DNA of 62,741 nucleotides, counting the filler. It is 5 parts of 5 records of this genome, joined end to end, with 100 filler letters (N's around TTAATTAATTAA, not from the genome) between each part and the next. Parts side by side here need not be neighbours in the genome. Positions count along the whole stretch, not along the records: positions 1 to 22,146 come from DRR723986_4300; positions 22,247 to 31,136 come from DRR723986_4308; 3 more parts are not named here. The stretch is one strand, 5' to 3'. Numbering within the stretch: the stretch's first letter is position 1; each line of letters opens with the position of its first letter. A model generated the notes under the pieces. The model searched no databases, had not been told where the DNA came from, and saw only the letters and a program-made list of their open reading frames with translations. Shown one piece after another: positions 20,532 through 29,729 of this stretch. The position numbers and the translations under genes were made by a program.

Positions 20532-20999
20532 ATGAAGGGCTTTATTGCCTACGCACTGTTTGGCGTCTTGCTGGCCTCGCCTGTCGCCGCCCAGATTGCC
20601 GGGTCCGGAAAGCGCACGCCCGAGGCAGAAGCACAGCTGGCGAAGATCCGGAAAGCGCCGCCAAAGCCGACCGCAGCGTTTCGCGCCGAGCCGAAACTGA
20701 GCGGCGCGCCACGTGGCGGAAACCGCACGAGTCCCGTCGTAATCGTGGATGTCCGCGCCGCAAAAGGACTGGCGGCAACCTCCGGGGTTCGTGTTTTCCG
20801 GGGCAGCCGCGTTTCGCTGGTTCGGCCAGGTGTTCGTCAGTTGGCGAAGGCACCGGCATCCGGCAAGCGGCGTAGCCAGATGAAGCTGGTCCGCGTTGGC
20901 GCCAGCCCCCGTTCCACTTTCACCGCCTATGGGATCGACCTCGCCGAACGGCATGAGGAAATGCCGGTTCGCCCGCCGACGATCCGCGTGAATCCTTAA
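20532..20999 (+). CDS. Hypothetical secreted basic protein
   Basis: MKGFIAYALFGVLLASPVAAQ signal peptide, AAGGA upstream, Arg/Lys/Pro-rich. Confidence 0.5.
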   Translation: MKGFIAYALFGVLLASPVAAQIAGSGKRTPEAEAQLAKIRKAPPKPTAAFRAEPKLSGAPRGGNRTSPVVIVDVRAAKGLAATSGVRVFRGSRVSLVRPGVRQLAKAPASGKRRSQMKLVRVGASPRSTFTAYGIDLAERHEEMPVRPPTIRVNP

Positions 21000-21084
21000 C
21001 GCACACTGTGTTTTCACGCGAATTTCATGGCGGTCGCGCAAGGATTTTGGGTTAAGAGAGATCTGAAAAGACGACCCGGGACCT

Positions 21085-22146
21085 ATGAGCGACAAACGTA
21101 TCCTGCTGATCATTGGCGGCGGCATCGCCGCCTATAAAAGCCTTGAGCTGATCCGCGAGCTCGGCCGGCGCGGCATTGCCTGCCGTTGCATTTTGACCTC
21201 CGGCGGATCGCAATTCGTGACGCCGCTGTCTGTGTCTGCCCTGTCCGGTGAGAAGGTTTTCACCGAACTTTTCGATTTGGATGACGAGGCCGAGATGGGC
21301 CATATCCAGCTGTCACGCTCGGCCGACCTCGTCGTCGTCTGCCCGGCAACGGCAGACCTGATGGCGAAGGCCGTGCATGGCCACGCCAATGACCTTGCCT
21401 CCACAACGTTGCTCGCCACCGACACGCCTGTGCTGATGGTGCCGGCCATGAATGTGCGCATGTGGCAGCACGCTGCGACCGTGCGGAACGTCGCCCAGCT
21501 CCGTGCCGACGGGGTCTCCGTGATGGAGCCCGACGAAGGCGCGATGGCGTGCGGCGAGTTCGGCCCCGGCCGCCTGCCGCAGGTCCCGGCGATTGTGGCC
21601 GAGATCGAACGCCAGCTGGCCGGGCAGGGAGGCGGCCTGCTGCAAGGCACTCATTGTGTGGTCACCGCCGGCCCGACGCGCGAACCGCTGGATCCGGTCC
21701 GCTTCCTGTCGAACCATTCTTCCGGCCGGCAGGGTTATGCCATTGCCGGGGCGCTTGCAGCCGAAGGCGCCCGCGTGACACTGGTCTCGGGGCCGGTTGC
21801 GATTGAGCCGCCGCGCGGTGTGGACCTCGTAAAGGTCGAGACCGCCCGCCAGATGCTGAAGGCTGTCGAAGAGGCGCTGCCGGCGGACGTGTTTGTCTCC
21901 GTCGCCGCTGTGGCCGACTGGCGCCCAGCCCGCGCCGCGACCAAGAAACTGAAGATCAAGGGCGCCGGCAGTGCGACGCCCTCCATGGAACTCGCCGAGA
22001 ACCCTGACATTCTTCGCACCATCTCGAACAAGCGCAAACACCGCCCGGCGCTGGTCGTCGGCTTTGCCGCCGAGACCAATGACGTCGAAGAGCATGCCGC
22101 CGCCAAGCTGAAGCGGAAGGGCTGTGACTGGATCGTCGCCAATGAC
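21085..22146 (+). CDS. coaBC: Phosphopantothenoylcysteine decarboxylase/ligase, 3'-truncated at contig end
   Basis: GGIAAYKS, GHIQLSR, PAMN, ACGEFGPGR, TAGPTREPLDPVRFLSNHSSG, VGFAAET. Confidence 0.95.
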
Positions 22147-22246
22147 NNNNNNNNNNNNNNNNNNNNNNNNNNNNNNNNNNNNNNNNNNNNTTAATTAATT
22201 AANNNNNNNNNNNNNNNNNNNNNNNNNNNNNNNNNNNNNNNNNNNN
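22147..22246. other. Artificial contig linker
   Basis: N-run + TTAATTAATTAA (stops in all six frames) + N-run. Confidence 0.98.
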
Positions 22247-22260
22247 CCCTTGAGCGTATT

Positions 22261-22299
22261 TGACATACGTATGTCATTCTTTATGACGCTCGTATGTCA
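22261..22299. promoter_or_regulatory. Tandem palindromic operator-like sites TGACATACGTATGTCA (22261-22276) and TGACGCTCGTATGTCA (22284-22299)
   Basis: First copy is a perfect 16-bp palindrome and the second matches 13/16; resembles GntR/FadR-type operators. Confidence 0.65.
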
Positions 22300-22366
22300 A
22301 AGTCAAGCTCTTTCACCAGTTGGGTCACTGCATAAAGATAACTTTGTTGCTCGGCTCGCTCGAACT

Positions 22367-22612
22367 CTAGAGGAGCATTGGCGTTTTGAGCCGGATTGCT
22401 GTTCCTTTGACGTTGTAGCGCCTGGCTTTGCTGAATTTGAGGCAAGCATCGGCCTCTTGGATGGTCAATCCGTCGTTGATGTGGACTTCTGCCTGTTCGA
22501 GCTCTTTAGGTGTGACGACAGGCTTGCATTCGCATTTTGGGCCGTACGTTGCGGCGGCATTCAATCTGGACTGTGTGCGCCCAACGATGAGGTCAAGCTC
22601 GCAATGGGCAGA
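22367..22612 (-). pseudogene. Degraded C-terminal fragment of a serine resolvase/invertase (helix E plus HTH)
   Basis: AHCELDLIVGRTQSRLNAAATYGPKCECKPVVT...HINDGLTIQEA..LKFSK..Y aligns by eye with the resolvase pattern AqFErdLI.ERT.aGL.aA..rGrkgGRkp...GltvrEaa.rLkvSk..lY. Confidence 0.6.
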
Positions 22613-23217
22613 ATCTGGCCCTCGAAAGCGATTTTGCGCTTGTTGTCGAGCGCCACGCTGCGGAAGTGGCCCATGTGCTGCATCTCCTGCCCGACATCGC
22701 TGCTTAGCAGCGTCTCGTAGCTTTCGCGCCCACCCCAGAGCACATAGTTCTCGCCCTTGAGCCTGTGGGTGGCCTCGCGGCAAGACGTCATCGTGGCGGC
22801 CGACCAGGCAAAGAAATTTGGGTCGGGGTTGGCGGCGGCGCCGAGCATAAAACGGCGGTACGAGAAGAGATTGGCGGTGTCCGAGAGCAGGCCGACCTTC
22901 GAGCTTTCCGTCTCTTCTTCAAAGAGAGCGATAGTCGCATCGAAGTTCGCGCGGCTCTCGGCGAAACTCGCGTCATTGGGGTAGAAATTGACGTTGTGCC
23001 AGAGAAAAAACGTCACGCCCAGCAGGTTGGAGAGCTCGAAGGCGACATCGGCTTTGAGCTGCGCGCATGTCTTCCCGCCGGAGGCGCCGCCGGGCCAGGC
23101 GAAACTGTGTCAACAGGCCCCCGCGAAACGCACGTGATCCTTGAGTCGATAGCCCATAACCATCTCGGCGGGATCACAGGTGAGCTTGGACGCGGTGCCG
23201 AAGAAACGGGCCCTTAT
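22610..23217 (-). pseudogene. xylA: Xylose isomerase pseudogene (N-terminal half only)
   Basis: DHVRFAGAC*HSFAWPGG (stop at 23110-23112 replaces a conserved Trp), KADVAFE, TANLFS, GAAANPDP, ENYVLWGGRESYETLL; ATA where the start is expected, internal deletions, truncated before EPKP. Confidence 0.85.
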
Positions 23218-23235
23218 TGATCTGCCGAGGGCTGG

Positions 23236-24144
23236 TTAGAGCCGGTAGACCCGGCGCGCCGTGTCGGAAAAGATCGCCTGTAGGGCGTGTTGCGACTGGT
23301 CGCACAGCACCTCCTGCAGCTGCTCGAACTGGCGGGATACCGGACAGTTGACGGCCTCAACCGGCAAGTTCGAGCCATAGAGCACCCTCTCCGGCCCGAG
23401 GTGGGTCAGAAGATGCGCCACATGCGGGCGCAGCACTTCTGCGCGCCAGCCTTTGTCGACGGTCCAGAGGCCAGAGAGCTTTACAACCACGTTGGGAACG
23501 TCACTCAAATCCTTGATACCCTGTCGCCAGGCTTGCAGGTTGTGGGGCTGGTCGGGTTCCAGCGTAGCGAAGTGGTTGAGTACGATAGTCAGGTCGGGGT
23601 GGGTGCGGGCAAGCGCGGCCACCTCGTCCAGTTGCTCGGGGACCACAACGCATTCAAGGCAGAGGTCATTCGCTTCCAGCAACGGCAGCATCGCACGGAA
23701 CCTGTCATGTGTCAGGACCCCGGGTCTGTCTGCAACACGCCAGCGGCCCGCCGAATCCCATGCCACGGGTGTTCGAATGCCACGCAAAGCAGGAGATTGC
23801 AGGTGGCCTTCGATCTGCATCTCGGCTCCAGCGGCAGTCAGGTCGACCTCAGCGACGATGGCGGCGGGCCAGCCGCTCTTGTTTGACAATACCTGCAACC
23901 AGAGAGTTTCCTCGACCGGGTCGGCGGCACCGCAATTGGCCTGAACATGAACGCTGGCCATGAGCGGCAGGCCCTCGAAAGCGGCGAGGTATTCGTCAGG
24001 GAGGAAATTCTGGCGGATCGCCTCTTTGTCGCCAAAGCGCGCGGGCGGCGCTTCTGGCGCGAGCCACCGATAAGGAAACCGAGTCAGGTCCCAGAAGTGG
24101 TGATGGGCATCGACTAGCGCGATACCCTCAAGCCATTGCGCCAT
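23236..24144 (-). CDS. Amidohydrolase_2 family protein, sugar-lactonase-like (L-fucono/L-rhamnono-lactonase family)
   Basis: VDAHHHFWD, YRWL, VHVQA, VLNH, VKLSG, YGSNLPV; start overlaps the SDR stop (TGATG). Confidence 0.8.
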   Translation of the reverse strand: MAQWLEGIALVDAHHHFWDLTRFPYRWLAPEAPPARFGDKEAIRQNFLPDEYLAAFEGLPLMASVHVQANCGAADPVEETLWLQVLSNKSGWPAAIVAEVDLTAAGAEMQIEGHLQSPALRGIRTPVAWDSAGRWRVADRPGVLTHDRFRAMLPLLEANDLCLECVVVPEQLDEVAALARTHPDLTIVLNHFATLEPDQPHNLQAWRQGIKDLSDVPNVVVKLSGLWTVDKGWRAEVLRPHVAHLLTHLGPERVLYGSNLPVEAVNCPVSRQFEQLQEVLCDQSQHALQAIFSDTARRVYRL

Positions 24145-24884
24145 CAATAGGTCGCCCGACCGCCCGACAGGTCGAAGACCGAGGCCGTGGTGAAGCTGTT
24201 TTCCTTCGAGCAGAGCCAGGCGATCATTGCCGCCGCCTCGTCCAATTCGAGAAACCGCCCGCGCGGGATCTTCGACAGCATGTAGTCGATATGCTCCTGC
24301 GCCATCTGCTCGAAGATCCTCGTGCGCGCCGCGGCGGGTGTGACGCAATTCACCGCTATGTCCTTGTCGGCCAGCTCCTTGCCTAGCGATTTGGTCAGCC
24401 CGATCACCCCAGCCTTTGACGCCGAATATGCGCTAGCGTTCGGATTGCCTTCCTTGCCTGCGACCGAGGCGATGTTGACGATGCGGCCGTAGCCTTGTTT
24501 GGTCATCGTCGGAACCACCGCGCGGTTCACGTGGAAAGTGCCGAGCAGGTTGATCTCGGTGATCTGGCGGAATTCCTCGACCGGATAATCGGCCAATGGC
24601 CCATTGGATCCGGCGATCCCGGCGGAGTTGACCAGGATGTCGGCGCGGCCGGCGGTGTCGAGCGTGGTCTTCATCGCGGCCTCGACGCTGGACCAGTCCG
24701 AGATATCGACCGCGCAGGCAAAGGCCTTGCCGCCAATCTCTTCCGCGATCTCACGACCGAGCGCCTCATCGCGGTCCCAGATGGCGACGCGGGCGCCGTG
24801 CTTGGCAAGGCGATTGGCGACGGCGCGGCCGATGCCCTGTGCGCCGCCGGTGACGATGGCGGTCTGATTGGTGAAATCGGTCAT
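24144..24884 (-). CDS. SDR dehydrogenase, 2-keto-3-deoxy sugar-acid dehydrogenase (LRA5)-like
   Basis: TGGAQGIG, NSAGIAG, ASVAGKEGNPNASAYSASKAGVIGLTKSLGKELA, FDLSGGRATY. Confidence 0.8.
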   Translation of the reverse strand: MTDFTNQTAIVTGGAQGIGRAVANRLAKHGARVAIWDRDEALGREIAEEIGGKAFACAVDISDWSSVEAAMKTTLDTAGRADILVNSAGIAGSNGPLADYPVEEFRQITEINLLGTFHVNRAVVPTMTKQGYGRIVNIASVAGKEGNPNASAYSASKAGVIGLTKSLGKELADKDIAVNCVTPAAARTRIFEQMAQEHIDYMLSKIPRGRFLELDEAAAMIAWLCSKENSFTTASVFDLSGGRATY

Positions 24885-25954
24885 TCTGCTGCTGCCTTCT
24901 GTGTTTGATTAATCATCTGTTCCGAGCCTTGGGACTGACCCGAGGCCACGATGGCGTGAAGTGTTTCGACGGCACGTGCGCCGACCTCTCCGGGGCTCTC
25001 GTTGCGGCCCTGCCCCAGCGCGATATCTACCAGCCGGTTGGCCGGGCCCTCGCAGCTGTACGTCCAAGCGCCCCGCGGCACTTCGGCCACGCGGGTCTCG
25101 CCCCCGGGAAGCTTGAGCACCAGCCGCTCTGTCTCAATGTCCAGCAGGACAGAGCCCTTGCTGCCGTAAAGGCGGATATCGACCTCGAAGCCGTGGCCGT
25201 CGGGGACCCCACAACTGCCCGAGAAGACGCCGGTCGCGCCATTGGCGAAACGCACGACGGCGGCGTCGTGCAGATCAATGGTCGAAGGCGCCTGGTAGAG
25301 TATCGAGCGCACCGAAGCAGCGCGCAGATCGGTCAGCCAGTAGAGGATGCCGAGTGCGTGGGAGAGCTGGCCATAGGCATAGCCACCGCCTTGATCGGGC
25401 GCCTCCCATGTGCTGTGCTCGGGCTGAATAGCGACGTGCTGCCACTTCGACATGCCGCCGCCGGAAAAGATGCTGCGCGTGAAGGAGGCCATGTGGCAGA
25501 CGACATGCTCGATCTCGCCGATCTCGCCGATCATCTCGCGAGCCTCGTCAAGGCCACGCTTGTAGTTCCAGCCATACGCCACCAGCAGCTCGCGATCCGA
25601 GGCTTCGGCCAGTTGCACCAGATCCCAGGCTTCGGCCGGATCAAGGCACATTGGCTTTTCCACCAGCACATGGCAGCCCTTTTCAAGGAACGCCTTGGCC
25701 TGTTCGTAATGCAGGTTGTGTGGCGACGCGATCACCGCGATGTCGATGTCACGCTCCAGCACCTCGCGCCAGTCCTCGGTGGCGAAGGCAAAGCCGAACT
25801 CTCCGGCGATCAGGTCCAGTTCCTTGCGGCCGAGGCGGCAGACGGAATCGAGCACAACTTCTGCCCGCTTGGCCAGGACCGGGATGTGCATGCGATAGGC
25901 GAAATGCCCGGCACCGATGATAGCGGCGCGGATAGGGCCCTTGGATGAAGTCAT
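24881..25954 (-). CDS. Gfo/Idh/MocA family oxidoreductase
   Basis: AIIGAGHFA, IASPHNLH, HVLVEKPM, GGG...QLSH; 4-nt overlaps with both neighbours. Confidence 0.88.
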   Translation of the reverse strand: MTSSKGPIRAAIIGAGHFAYRMHIPVLAKRAEVVLDSVCRLGRKELDLIAGEFGFAFATEDWREVLERDIDIAVIASPHNLHYEQAKAFLEKGCHVLVEKPMCLDPAEAWDLVQLAEASDRELLVAYGWNYKRGLDEAREMIGEIGEIEHVVCHMASFTRSIFSGGGMSKWQHVAIQPEHSTWEAPDQGGGYAYGQLSHALGILYWLTDLRAASVRSILYQAPSTIDLHDAAVVRFANGATGVFSGSCGVPDGHGFEVDIRLYGSKGSVLLDIETERLVLKLPGGETRVAEVPRGAWTYSCEGPANRLVDIALGQGRNESPGEVGARAVETLHAIVASGQSQGSEQMINQTQKAAAE

Positions 25955-26436
25955 GTGCTTTCCCGGATTTGAAAGTGATAGCCGATATCGTACATCGCGG
26001 CGGTCTCTGCCGTGCCCTTCAGCCGGTTCATCACCAGTTCTGCGGACCGCGCGCCAATGGCGCGGCGCCGCATCCGAACTGTGGTCATTTGCACCGGCAA
26101 GAGCGTTGACAGGCTCAGAACGCCGAAGCCCGAGATGGCCACGCCTCGCGACACGCTGGCGCCGTTCGACAGGCACAGGAGCCTCGCGCCTTTGGCCACC
26201 AGCTCGGAGAGGATCGGAGCGATCACCCCAATCATATCGAACCGCTGAGATTTAAGCGAGCGCGCCGTAAGGTTGGGGTCATAGCCGATCTCTTCGACGG
26301 TGCGCTGGATTTCCGCGCGCGTATCGGCATGCACGGTATCCGGCTGACGCAGGGCGCGGGACACGGTGATTATCGACAGGCCCGGGGCCTGAGAAACGCC
26401 CGTCAGCGTCACGTTCTTGCTGCCATAGTGCGTCAC
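25951..26436 (-). pseudogene. LacI-family regulator with a large in-frame internal deletion (161 aa)
   Basis: HTH VTL..VS..GLS.ITVSRAL, hinge GY.PNLTARSL, IGVIAP, then directly the C-terminal AISGFG...TTV...IG..SA...IREST; about half the normal LacI length. Confidence 0.75.
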
Positions 26437-26524
26437 TTATGTCGCCCTTTGGGCGCTCCCACCGTTCGCGTTACCCCCGAAGCTGCGGCAAGGCCGCGCC
26501 GAAAGGGTCATGCCAGATTGTCAT

Positions 26525-26583
26525 TGACACACGAATAGCACTGGTCATAGTGTCAGTCAATAATGAATGACATACGAACATCA
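26525..26583. promoter_or_regulatory. Two degenerate copies of the TGACATACGTATGTCA motif in the divergent promoter region
   Basis: TGACACACGAATAGCA (26525-26540, 12/16; overlaps a TTGACA -35-like hexamer) and TGACATACGAACATCA (26568-26583, 13/16). Confidence 0.55.
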
Positions 26584-26625
26584 TCGTCATTTTCGCATTT
26601 TGCGGATAACAAGGGGGAGGATCTC

Positions 26626-27942
26626 ATGTCGAATTCAATCAGCCGCCGCAGGTTCTTGGGCACCACTGCCGCCGCGGGCGCCGCGACAGTTCTGTCGGTG
26701 GGCCCGGCGCGCGCAGCCAGCGGCCAAGTTTCGGTCTGGAAGTTCGGTGGCACGCCGCAGGAGGTTGAGGTCTGGGCGCAGCGCAACGACGCCTTTGCAG
26801 GAGCAAACGCCGATATCGACCTGAACTATTCCTACTTCAACGGTCAGATCCGCCGTCAGAAAATCCTCGCCGGGTTCCAGACCAACCGCCTAGCCGACGT
26901 GGTCATCGCTTTCGGCCAGGATATCCCGGAATTCGCCGGTTTCGGCATGATCCAGCCGCTTGACGATATCGCTGGCGACAAGCTGGCCGGCTGGAAAGAG
27001 CGCCTCGTTCCCGAGGTCTACGAATCGGGTGTGCACGAGGGCAAGCTCTATGCCCTGCCGACCTATGTGGACATGGCCAGCTTTCTTGCCATCAACCTCG
27101 ACGCGCTGGAAGAAGCCGGTTTCGACCGCCCGCCGGAAACCTGGGACGAACTGCGTGAATATGCGAAGGCAATGACCAAGCCGGACCGCCCCGGCATCGC
27201 CTTTCCAGCCACCACCGCGCCGGTCGACATCAACATCTTCGAAGGCCTCGCCTATGCCAACGGCGGCCGCGTCTTCGACGAGGAGACCGGCATGGTCACG
27301 CTGAACGATCCCGGCGTCGTCGATGCGCTGCAATTCTACGTCGATCTCATCAAGGACGGCTCTACCCCTGCCGCGACCTCGCTGACCGAGACCTTCTTCC
27401 GCGATACCGCGCAGCTCTTCGGCCAGGGCCGGTCGGCGATGTGGATCGGGCTGTCTTGGCTCAACACGCCCTGGGGCGTCAACGAGGACGTGCGCTGGAC
27501 TGGCGTGCCGATGCCGAAGCCGGAAACCCCTTCGGGCAGCTTCAAGCCGGTGAACGCGATCATGGATGGCACCGCCATGCTGATGGTTTCGTCGAGGTCG
27601 AAGAATCCGGAAGCGGCAATTGAATACCTCGATTTCTGGTCACAGAACGAACAGCTTGAAATCTGGGGCGGACAACCCGAGATCGCCCGCATCCCCGCCG
27701 GCAAGGCCGCTTGGGACAATGCCGAGTTGAAGGAAGCTTGGCCGAACTGGGTCAAGGCCTACGACGAAGGCTCGCTCTTCGAGGGTGGCGCGCCAATGCC
27801 GCGGTTCATCGGCGTCTCGGCCATCGAGAGCGCGCTTGGCACCGCCATCCAGCAGGCCGTCTTGGGACAGAAAACGCCGCAGGAAGCCTTGGACGAGGCT
27901 ACCGCCGCCGCCCAGACCCAGATCGACCTGATCCGCGGCTGA
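26626..27942 (+). CDS. Carbohydrate ABC transporter (CUT1) substrate-binding protein with Tat signal
   Basis: SRRRFL twin-arginine signal, GKLYALP, PPETWDEL, TPQEALD; GGAGG RBS. Confidence 0.88.
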   Translation: MSNSISRRRFLGTTAAAGAATVLSVGPARAASGQVSVWKFGGTPQEVEVWAQRNDAFAGANADIDLNYSYFNGQIRRQKILAGFQTNRLADVVIAFGQDIPEFAGFGMIQPLDDIAGDKLAGWKERLVPEVYESGVHEGKLYALPTYVDMASFLAINLDALEEAGFDRPPETWDELREYAKAMTKPDRPGIAFPATTAPVDINIFEGLAYANGGRVFDEETGMVTLNDPGVVDALQFYVDLIKDGSTPAATSLTETFFRDTAQLFGQGRSAMWIGLSWLNTPWGVNEDVRWTGVPMPKPETPSGSFKPVNAIMDGTAMLMVSSRSKNPEAAIEYLDFWSQNEQLEIWGGQPEIARIPAGKAAWDNAELKEAWPNWVKAYDEGSLFEGGAPMPRFIGVSAIESALGTAIQQAVLGQKTPQEALDEATAAAQTQIDLIRG

Positions 27943-27990
27943 TTCTCCGCCAACTGACTGTAAAGACTTAAAAATAAAGAGGGCCTGACG

Positions 27991-28875
27991 ATGCTGCGAA
28001 GCGATCGTTTTCTGGCGTATGCCTTGATATTGCCCGTGGTGGCCGCCGTCGTGGCGTTTGTCGTCGGGCCCACTTACAACGTGGCCACGCTCAGCCTGAC
28101 CCAGGTTGTGATGGGCATGGAGCGCGGCTTCGGCACGCTCGGAAACTTTCAGGCGCTGGCCGCCGACCCGGTCTTCGGGCTGGTTCTGAAAAACACCGCC
28201 ATCTGGATCCTCGGGGGCACATTCCTTTGTGTCACCGTGGGGCTTGGCGTGGGGACGTTCCTCGCCATCGACAGCCGGATGACCGGCTGGCTCAGGGCGC
28301 TGATCCTGCTGCCCTGGGTGCTGCCCGACGTGGTGACGGCCATGGCGTGGAAATGGATGCTGCACGGACAGGTCGGCATCATTGGCCAGACCTTGCAGGA
28401 CACCGGGTTGACCGAAGGTACGATCTCTTTCCTCGGCGATCCCGACATGGTGATGTGGGTGCTCGTCGTGGTGCTGATCTGGCGCAAGATGCCGCTGGTG
28501 GCGCTGATCCTTTGCGCCGCGATCCGCTCGGTCCCCGATGACCAGATGGAGGCCGCGCGGATGGACGGTGCCAATGCCGTTCAACGGTTCCGCTTTGTCA
28601 CCCTGCCGAACATCGCGTTCTCGCTGACCGCCGTGACCGTGATCTCGATGATCTGGATCACCGCCGAGTTCGCCCTGCCCTGGATCATGACCGGCGGCGG
28701 CCCCGCCAACGCGAGCCAGATCATGGCGACCTACATCTACCAGCAGAGCTTCGAATTCTTCAACTGGGGCGTCGCCTCGGCCATGTCGGTGATCAACCTC
28801 GTCATGCTGGCCTCGATCGTCGCGCTCTACCTCTACGTCAATCGCCGCTCTTGGGCTTCGGAGGGTCAGAAATGA
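27991..28875 (+). CDS. Carbohydrate ABC transporter permease
   Basis: LLPWVLP, EAARMDGA (EAA motif), TGGGP. Confidence 0.9.
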   Translation: MLRSDRFLAYALILPVVAAVVAFVVGPTYNVATLSLTQVVMGMERGFGTLGNFQALAADPVFGLVLKNTAIWILGGTFLCVTVGLGVGTFLAIDSRMTGWLRALILLPWVLPDVVTAMAWKWMLHGQVGIIGQTLQDTGLTEGTISFLGDPDMVMWVLVVVLIWRKMPLVALILCAAIRSVPDDQMEAARMDGANAVQRFRFVTLPNIAFSLTAVTVISMIWITAEFALPWIMTGGGPANASQIMATYIYQQSFEFFNWGVASAMSVINLVMLASIVALYLYVNRRSWASEGQK

Positions 28876-29729
28876 ACGAGCAACCCCGCACCCTCTACTG
28901 GGTCTTCCTCGGCTTCGTCGGCCTTGTGATCTCGCTTTACGTGCTGTTCCCGGTGTTCTGGCTGTTCCTCGCGTCCTTCAAGACGCAGGCCGAGCTGGCG
29001 CAATTGCCGATCTCCTTCTGGCCGGAGGCGCCCACATTGGATGCCTACAAGGCGCTGTTCTCGCCGACGCACCAGAAAGGGCAGCTGCTGGACTGGCCGC
29101 AGTTGATCGGCAACAGCTTCTTCATCGCCATCAGCTCCACCGTGATCGTTTTGGTCTTCGGCACGCTGGCGGGCTACGCCTTTGCCCGGCTGAACTTCCC
29201 GGGTCGCGACCTGATCCTCGGCGGACTGCTGATCAGCCGGATGTTCCAAGGCGCGGCGCTTCTGCTGCCGACCTACCGGCTGATGTCCATGATAGGTCTG
29301 CAGGACAGCCTGATCGGCCTAGTGCTACTCTACTCTGCCTTCGGCCTACCCTTCGCCACTTGGATCATCGCGTCGAGCTTGCGCGAGATCCCGAAGGAAC
29401 TGGAAGAAAGCGCCATGATCGATGGCGCGAGCCGGTTGCAGAGCATGGCCATGGTGGTGTTGCCCTTGGCCACACCCGCGCTGATCACCGCCGCCATGTG
29501 GCACTTCGTCGGCGCCTGGTCCGAGTTTGCCTTTGCCTCGATCCTGCTGGAATCCAACGAAAACAAGACCGTGACCATCGGGTTGGCCAGCTTTGTCGAG
29601 CTGTTCACCCTGGAATTCCAGTATGTCGGCGCCGCCGCGACCATCGTCGCCTTGCCGATCATGCTCGTGTTCTTCTTTGGCCAGCGCTACTTCACTCGTG
29701 GCCTGCTGGCAGGGGCGGTGAAAGGATGA
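28872..29729 (+). CDS. Carbohydrate ABC transporter permease
   Basis: [38 protein letters not shown] overlap with the upstream permease. Confidence 0.9.
   Translation: MNEQPRTLYWVFLGFVGLVISLYVLFPVFWLFLASFKTQAELAQLPISFWPEAPTLDAYKALFSPTHQKGQLLDWPQLIGNSFFIAISSTVIVLVFGTLAGYAFARLNFPGRDLILGGLLISRMFQGAALLLPTYRLMSMIGLQDSLIGLVLLYSAFGLPFATWIIASSLREIPKELEESAMIDGASRLQSMAMVVLPLATPALITAAMWHFVGAWSEFAFASILLESNENKTVTIGLASFVELFTLEFQYVGAAATIVALPIMLVFFFGQRYFTRGLLAGAVKG

Noticed and set aside
22191-22202. TTAATTAATTAA repeated four times across the window, as a biological repeat, CRISPR or CtrA site
   Set aside because: It is always centred in N-runs of fixed length, so it is an assembly linker with stops in six frames
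22250-22720. 156-aa plus-strand ORF at the start of contig 2
   Set aside because: No recognisable family; it spans the operator sites and is antisense to the resolvase and xylA remnants
29360-29725. Apparent N-terminal extension of the enolase-family protein; likewise the extensions on 48123-48815, 12538-13539 and 24881-26176
   Set aside because: They overlap neighbouring genes, and family similarity begins at the downstream coupled or RBS-linked starts
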